Assembly: GCA_033764015.1 (NCBI GenBank)
Contig: JANRJK010000013.1
Coordinates: 288,001-352,000 of the forward strand
Origin: Candidatus Sumerlaeia bacterium
GTDB taxonomy: Bacteria > Sumerlaeota > Sumerlaeia > SLMS01 > JANRJK01
Reading direction: 5' to 3'
DNA: 64,000 nt
Below are positions 58,413 through 64,000 of this stretch, one piece after another. Every line of letters starts with the position of its first letter. Within the stretch, counting starts at the first letter, position 1. Made by a program: the position numbers and the translations under genes. The notes below the pieces were generated by a model that was given only the letters and a program-made list of their open reading frames with translations, did no database searches and had not been told where the DNA came from.

Positions 58413-61400
58413 CTAGCGCAGGATCCAGCCTTCCCCCGTAGCGCTCGGCGGGGGTGTGATGCCGAGCGCGGAGATCTGCGACGTGCCGAAGCCGTCCAGC
58501 GGGGAGATCACCGTCCGTGCCCCGATCACCGTGTTGATCGACGAGAAGATGTGCGCGCCCGCTTCGAATCCGGCGCGGTAGAGCGTCCCCGTCGCCGTGT
58601 CCCACTCGAGATCCTGCAGGAACAGGTCCGTGTCGTCGTAGCCAAGCGACGCACCCACGCGTGTCGCCACGCCGCTTGCCGGGTCGATCGCCACCAACCC
58701 CTCGGGTTGCCCGGCCGCAACATCGATGTCGATGGAGTAGTAGACGGAGCCGTTGGGCGGGATCGCGATGCCGAACAGGTCCACTGTGCCGGCGATTCCG
58801 CTCAGTGCAACGGAGCCTGACAACTCCCCCGTGCCCAGGTTGATTGTGTGGATGGAGGCGTTGATGGCCCCCGCGCCGAACTCTGTGGTCAGCGCATTCA
58901 TCTGCCCCGTCGCGGCATTCCAAGCAAGGCCCGCGAACTGGTGGTTGGCTGGGATGCCGGAGACCGCACCGATGTTGGTCCGCGCACCCGAAGCCGTGTT
59001 GATCGAGATGAGCGTCACCGGGGCGGTGAATTGGACCGCGTAGAAAGTCGAGCGATCCGTCCCCGCGAAGGAGCCGCCTTGGAACGATTCGGGGTAGGCC
59101 GAGGTCAACTGCCGGCTAAAGGTCCCGGCGATGTCCGCCGGGTCGAAGGCGACAAGCGCGTCCGGCCCCGATGTGTTCACGCCGTAGGCCCACCGCGACG
59201 GGAAAGCGCCGTCGTCGTTCGTCAGCACACCGGACCCCGATCCATCCAGGATCACCGCGTTCGAGGCGTTCGCGAGGCTAACCGTGACCGTCTCGTCCAA
59301 CTCGAACTGCGAATCCGTCGCCACCGACAGGCCAATGTTCTTGGCGCTCTCCGTCGGCAGGAACGTCACGGTGCCGAAGTACGGCGGGTTGAAATCGGAC
59401 GTGTTCGTCGTGCCGCCGAGCGACCAATCCACGGTCACGTTCCCGGGGCCGGGGTTCGGGACGTCGAGCGTGACCGGGAACGAAAGGGTGACGACGCCGT
59501 CGGTACCCTCCGAGACGTCGGCGACGTCGCCGACCGAGATCAGCGGCAGGCCCGCCGCGGGACGGACGAAGCCGAGCGCCGACACCGTGGCGTTGCCGCC
59601 ATTCATCGACGCGTCGAAGTTGCCGACGTTTGTGCTGGCGCCAGTCGAGGTGTTCACCAGGTAGAGATTGTTCGGGAAGTCCGCCGAAACGTCGTAGTTC
59701 GACACGTACAGGTTGCCGGTCAGGTAGTCGAACTTGAGGTCCATGTTGAGCGTCGGATCGCTCGTGATTCCGAGGGATCCGATGTTCGTCATGACTCCGC
59801 CGGTCATCGAGTAGAGGAACGTGGCGCCGGTCTCGTCGACATAGACCGAGTTGAATGGCCCCGTGGAGCCCGCGGTTTCGGGTATCGCGAACCCGAACAT
59901 CCGCGGAGCGGCGGTGGTACTCGATCCGGGCGCGTTGGTGCCAGCCCCCGAAGCAGTGCGCACGTTGGTGAGAGCGCCGGTCGCCAGATTGATGCTCTCG
60001 ATGCGGAAACCGCGGCTCGCATTGGCGCCCGTCGTGTCCGCCAGGAGCACCAGCATCCGGTCGCCGACCGGATCCCATGACATGCCGGCGAAGCGGTGGC
60101 CGGTGATGCCCGCCACTGTCCTCGTGCTCTCGATCGCGCCGGTGATCGTGTTGATTTCGAGCAGGTTCGCCGAGCTTCCGTTCGCCGCCCCGTATGTCAG
60201 CGCATAGAAGGTGAGCGCATCGCCGCCGAAGAAGTCGCCGCCCTGCAGGAGCGTGTTGCCGTTCGAGAGAGCGATCAGGTTCGCACTCGGCGTGTAGGCC
60301 ATCGACGCCTCCAGGTCCGCGGGATCGAACGCACCGATGCCCTCGGTGTCGTTGAGGCCGCCGGTGCCGCTGAAGGTGTTCACCGCGAAGCCGCGCGTCG
60401 GAGTCGGCGCCGGGTCGTCTTCAATGATCGTCCCCGTGCCCGTCAGCACCGCGGGGGTCGCCGGGCCCGCCAGGTTGCTGAGGTCCACCGTGAACGTCTC
60501 GTCGCCTTCCCAGACCGTGTCGGCGAGGATCGGCACCTGGATCGTCTGGAACTGCTCCGATGGGGGGAACGTCAGCGTGCCGGAAACCGCGGTGTAGTCG
60601 CTACCCGCCGTCGCCGTGCCGTCCGCCGTTGCGAAGTCCACCGTCACGTCGCCCGGGCCGGCGTTCGGCGTCTGGAGCGACACCGTGAACGTCATGCTCG
60701 CCGAGCCCGAGTTCCCCTCCGCCAACGAGGCGTTGTTGATCGACAGCGAATCCGCGGACGTGATGTTGAAACTGAAGTTCGCGTTCGACATGTCCCAGTA
60801 GACGTTTCCGGCTGCTTCGACCTTGATGCGCGCGGTCGAGCTCGACCCGACAGGCAGCGCCACGGTCTGCGCGCCGTCGTTCGGCGTTCCCGCAAGCAGC
60901 ACTGTGGGGAAGGTGTTCCCTCCGTCTGTGGACAGCAGGATGTTGACGCTCGCGGTGCTGATCGGCGCCGACGTCGTGCCGGCGACATCCCACGTCACGT
61001 TCAGCGGGTTCGTCGTGACGCTGACCGCCGTGTTGGGCGCCGTCACCTGGAACGGCCCCGCCGTACCGACGACATTGACAAACATGCTGTCGGTGCCGAC
61101 GCCGCCCCCGCCCGCGCGGTTGTCGCGGACCGTCAGGGTGAAGTCCATGCTGGGGCGGTTAACACTCGGCAACAACTCTCCGAGGGTCGACGTGTTGTTG
61201 ATGATGTCGGAGATACGCGGAAACGTGCGCGAGGGGTTTGTCGTCGGGGGGAACGAGCGCCAGAGCGGCTTCGTGCCGTTGTCCGCGGCCAACGCCGAGG
61301 AAGTCGCGCTCTGCTGGTCGCGGCACTCCCAGCTATACGTCAGCACATCGCCGCCGTCGGGGTCCGTACCCGAACCGGTCAGCGTGAAGGGCGTGCTGCG

Positions 61401-62792
61401 CGGAATCGCGTAGTTCGCCCCGGCGTTCGCCGTTGGTGGATTGTTTCCGGTGGCGGTGCCCGTCTGGCATGACTGCACGGCGAGGTACGCAAGCGCCCGC
61501 TCGATGGAATCGACGTGGAAGTTCGGATCGCTGTTCGGTTGGATGTTCTCCGACGAGCAGATGCCCGCGTAGCCCATGATCGTCGTGGCGCTACCAGGCT
61601 CCTGGTTCGCGGGCGGGTCCATGCCGCCGCACTCGTTCGCATTCGCGAATGTGTGACGCCCGCCGAACTGGTGCCCCAGCTCGTGCGCCACGAAGTCCAC
61701 CGCGAACGGATCACCGGTCGGGCCCCCGGAGAGGCCCCCCGATGACGACATGCCGCCGCTGTTGTTCGTGAGGCAGATGTTGCCGATTCCCCCCGCGATG
61801 CCGCCGCCGGAACCCGTCACGAAGAGGTGCGAGGCGTCCACTGCGCCGATCACCGACGCCACCGTCGACTCGAGCGTGTTCACCTCGGTACCGCTAACGT
61901 TGTTCGAGAACGGGTCGGTGCCCGTGTAGATGAGAAGGTCGTTGTTAGCCACAAGCGTCATGCGCACCGTCTTGTCGCGCTCGTAGATGCCGTTCACGCG
62001 GTTCATCACCGTGTTCACCGCGGAGAGGCCGGCGGGGACCGTGCCGCCGACCGCGGCGGTGTACTGCGTGCTCGTCGCCACCGCGAGGCTGTAAGTGCGG
62101 AGCGTTGTTCCCGTGATCGGCGTCCGGCTCGACCCGCCCTGCGAGGCGCGCAGCTTGCGCCACGCCATGAGCGTCGGATCGTCCTCGTCGCGCATCGGCA
62201 GCGGCTGTCCCATGCCATCGATGGCGGGTGTCTGGCAGCTCCACTCTTGCGGCGAATGCGGCCAGTCCGCGCGGTAATACACCACGTAGGCGTCCACGCT
62301 GTCTTTGAAGATCGGCTCGACCAGGTAGCCGCCGTCCGGCCCCAGAACCTGCGCCTTGAAGCCGTGCACCCCGACGTCCAGGTGGGCCGTATAGCCGCTT
62401 CCTTCGGCGCTCTCGCCGATGTAGGCCCTAATGTCGGGGTACTTCGCCGCCAGTTCCGGCGCGAGAAGCTGGTACTCCCAAACGCGGAAGCGCTCAAAGC
62501 CGCCGTCCGGGGTGGGAAGGTAAACTTCGAGGGGGGCGCCCCCGCGCTGGACCGTGCTCTCCATGGGCGCCGTCTTCAGCACCTCGGCTAGGAACGCACC
62601 GTCGGCCTCGAAGGCCGCGTGCTTGCCGGGAGTGAACCACGTCGCGCTGCGGGAGAGATCGTGGCCGGTGTCGAAGTGCTGCCAAAGTCCGTCGGGCGAG
62701 GGCGTCAGCGCGAAGGCGGAACTGGACAACGCCAGCGCGGCCGCCGTGAGGGCGCACCTCCGGGCGGATGAAAGTCGCATCGGGAACTCCAT
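58413..62792 (-). CDS. secreted M12B/reprolysin-like metallopeptidase with Calx-beta and propeller-like domains
   Basis: Signal peptide, HELGHQFGGRH, EPGSATTIMGYAGIC, FTLTVRDN, EGNSG..TADGTATAGSDY..DETF Calx-beta units, two propeller-like domains. Confidence 0.9.
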   Translation of the reverse strand: MEFPMRLSSARRCALTAAALALSSSAFALTPSPDGLWQHFDTGHDLSRSATWFTPGKHAAFEADGAFLAEVLKTAPMESTVQRGGAPLEVYLPTPDGGFERFRVWEYQLLAPELAAKYPDIRAYIGESAEGSGYTAHLDVGVHGFKAQVLGPDGGYLVEPIFKDSVDAYVVYYRADWPHSPQEWSCQTPAIDGMGQPLPMRDEDDPTLMAWRKLRASQGGSSRTPITGTTLRTYSLAVATSTQYTAAVGGTVPAGLSAVNTVMNRVNGIYERDKTVRMTLVANNDLLIYTGTDPFSNNVSGTEVNTLESTVASVIGAVDASHLFVTGSGGGIAGGIGNICLTNNSGGMSSSGGLSGGPTGDPFAVDFVAHELGHQFGGRHTFANANECGGMDPPANQEPGSATTIMGYAGICSSENIQPNSDPNFHVDSIERALAYLAVQSCQTGTATGNNPPTANAGANYAIPRSTPFTLTGSGTDPDGGDVLTYSWECRDQQSATSSALAADNGTKPLWRSFPPTTNPSRTFPRISDIINNTSTLGELLPSVNRPSMDFTLTVRDNRAGGGGVGTDSMFVNVVGTAGPFQVTAPNTAVSVTTNPLNVTWDVAGTTSAPISTASVNILLSTDGGNTFPTVLLAGTPNDGAQTVALPVGSSSTARIKVEAAGNVYWDMSNANFSFNITSADSLSINNASLAEGNSGSASMTFTVSLQTPNAGPGDVTVDFATADGTATAGSDYTAVSGTLTFPPSEQFQTIQVPILADTVWEGDETFTVDLSNLAGPATPAVLTGTGTIIEDDPAPTPTRGFAVNTFSGTGGLNDTEGIGAFDPADLEASMAYTPSANLIALSNGNTLLQGGDFFGGDALTFYALTYGAANGSSANLLEINTITGAIESTRTVAGITGHRFAGMSWDPVGDRMLVLLADTTGANASRGFRIESINLATGALTNVRTASGAGTNAPGSSTTAAPRMFGFAIPETAGSTGPFNSVYVDETGATFLYSMTGGVMTNIGSLGITSDPTLNMDLKFDYLTGNLYVSNYDVSADFPNNLYLVNTSTGASTNVGNFDASMNGGNATVSALGFVRPAAGLPLISVGDVADVSEGTDGVVTLSFPVTLDVPNPGPGNVTVDWSLGGTTNTSDFNPPYFGTVTFLPTESAKNIGLSVATDSQFELDETVTVSLANASNAVILDGSGSGVLTNDDGAFPSRWAYGVNTSGPDALVAFDPADIAGTFSRQLTSAYPESFQGGSFAGTDRSTFYAVQFTAPVTLISINTASGARTNIGAVSGIPANHQFAGLAWNAATGQMNALTTEFGAGAINASIHTINLGTGELSGSVALSGIAGTVDLFGIAIPPNGSVYYSIDIDVAAGQPEGLVAIDPASGVATRVGASLGYDDTDLFLQDLEWDTATGTLYRAGFEAGAHIFSSINTVIGARTVISPLDGFGTSQISALGITPPPSATGEGWILR

Positions 62793-63140
62793 GGGTTTTG
62801 GGGGATAGAATTGCCGGTGTCGGCGCCGACCCGGATGGCGGAACGGGCACTACACCCGCCAAAGCAGGATGTTGCGGCGTTGTTCGCCGCCCCTCAACCC
62901 GAAACCGGGAGTGGTGGGAAGAATCTTCCACGGTAATATTCCGCCCGCGAAGGGATCCCCCGCAGGCGTTGCCCAGGCCATGTACCCGGCGAGCTCGATT
63001 GTGGCTCACCAGGCCTGGGTAGCCCTCCGCATCGCCGCCGCTCGTCCGCGCACCCTCGCATCCGCGGAGGCGCTGGAAGCGAGAAGGCACTGAGCATGTC
63101 TGCGCGGTTCTCAACCCGAACGTTCTACGGGGCGCAAAAC

Positions 63141-63178
63141 GACTGCGCCCCCGCTGGGATTTCCAGCGGGGGCGCGTC
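63141..63178 (-). terminator. probable terminator
   Basis: gcgcccccgctgg-gattt-ccagcgggggcgc with adjacent A/T tracts. Confidence 0.65.
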
Positions 63179-63214
63179 GTTTCGTTGCGTGGTCCGGCGG
63201 GAGCCGGAGGGCTG

Positions 63215-64000
63215 CTACTCCACCAGCATCCAGTCCTCGACCGAGGCGTTCGCCGGGGTGATTCCCAAGGCGGGAATCTGCGGGGTGCCATAGGTGTCGA
63301 GCGTCGCGATCACGGTTCGCGCACCGCTCGCCGTGTTGATCGACGAGAAGACATGCACGCCCGCCTCGAACCCGGCGCGGTAGAGCGTCCCCGTCGCCGT
63401 GTCCATCGCGATGTCCTGCAGGAACAGGTCCGCGTCGTCGTAGCCGAGCGACGTGCCGACGCGGGTCGCCACGCCGGTCGCCGTGTTGATGCTCACGAGG
63501 CCTTCCGGCTGACCGGCGCTGGTATCCACGTCGATGGCGTACGCCGTGCCACCCGCCGCCGGGACCGCCATGCCCAACAGGTCCACCGTGCCGCTGATGC
63601 CGCTCAGTGCCACGGAACTCGTGAGGGCGCCGGTGCCGAGGTTGATCGTGTGGATCGACGCGTTCATTGCCAGAGCGCCGATCTCGGCGGTGAGCGCCCG
63701 CATCTGCCCCGCCGCGGCGTCCCACGCCATGCCCACGAAGAGATGGTTCGCGGGAATGCCCGAGACCGCCCCGATGTTCGTCCGCGCGCCGGTCGCCGTG
63801 TTGATCGAAACCAGCGTCACCGGTGCGGTGAATTGCACCGCGTAGAACGTTGTGCGGTCCGTGCCCGCGAAGGAGCCGCCTTGGAACGCCTCCGTAAAGC
63901 TGGTGGTCTCCTGCCGCGTGAAGGTCCCCGCCATGTTCGCCGGGTCGAACGCCACCAGCGCGTCCGTGCCGAACGTGTTCAGGCCGTAGGCCCAACGTGC
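63215..64000 (-). CDS. 3' part of a secreted protein ending in the same propeller-like domain as the neighbouring peptidase (5' end outside window)
   Basis: Reading frame is open to the window edge; AFDPAN...FQGGSFAGTDR..FYAVQFTAPVTL is nearly identical to the C-terminal domain of 58413..62792. Confidence 0.85.
   Translation of the reverse strand, partial: ARWAYGLNTFGTDALVAFDPANMAGTFTRQETTSFTEAFQGGSFAGTDRTTFYAVQFTAPVTLVSINTATGARTNIGAVSGIPANHLFVGMAWDAAAGQMRALTAEIGALAMNASIHTINLGTGALTSSVALSGISGTVDLLGMAVPAAGGTAYAIDVDTSAGQPEGLVSINTATGVATRVGTSLGYDDADLFLQDIAMDTATGTLYRAGFEAGVHVFSSINTASGARTVIATLDTYGTPQIPALGITPANASVEDWMLVE
63250..64000. repeat. dispersed ~750-bp direct duplication of 58445..59195
   Basis: Shared long exact stretches, e.g. 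gtgttgatcgacgagaaga, cggcgcggtagagcgtccccgtcgccgtgtcc, tcctgcaggaacaggtccg, cccgcgaaggagccgccttggaacg. Confidence 0.85.

Overview
This is a high-GC bacterial chromosomal window from a diderm organism (lpxC, OmpH/Skp). The style of its pilin-like and secreted proteins suggests Candidatus Sumerlaeota/BRC1, but that is inference only. Housekeeping content includes rnd, purE-purK, an RsmB-like methyltransferase, kynU-kynB, tRNA-Ser(GCT), gap, pepF and a DEAD-box helicase, plus several large secreted proteins (M12 metallopeptidases, an FG-GAP propeller, a 2482-aa Ig-rich protein). Four things stand out. (1) A tightly coupled operon encodes a KamA-like radical-SAM aminomutase, PcaI, PcaJ, a class-III aminotransferase and PcaF. 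It can be read as an undescribed route: 2-aminoadipate -> 3-aminoadipate -> 3-oxoadipate -> succinyl-CoA + acetyl-CoA. (2) A lower-GC two-gene island beside tRNA-Ser encodes an SNF2/RapA-type helicase and a stand-alone Hsp70/actin-fold ATPase, a candidate defence module. (3) A BlaI/M56 regulator pair, with a visible operator in its promoter spacer, heads a minimal pilus/T2SS-like operon. (4) A short shared C-terminal 'V-x-x-W' tail on unrelated secreted proteins may be a sorting signal. No CRISPR array, rRNA, transposase or integrase was seen.
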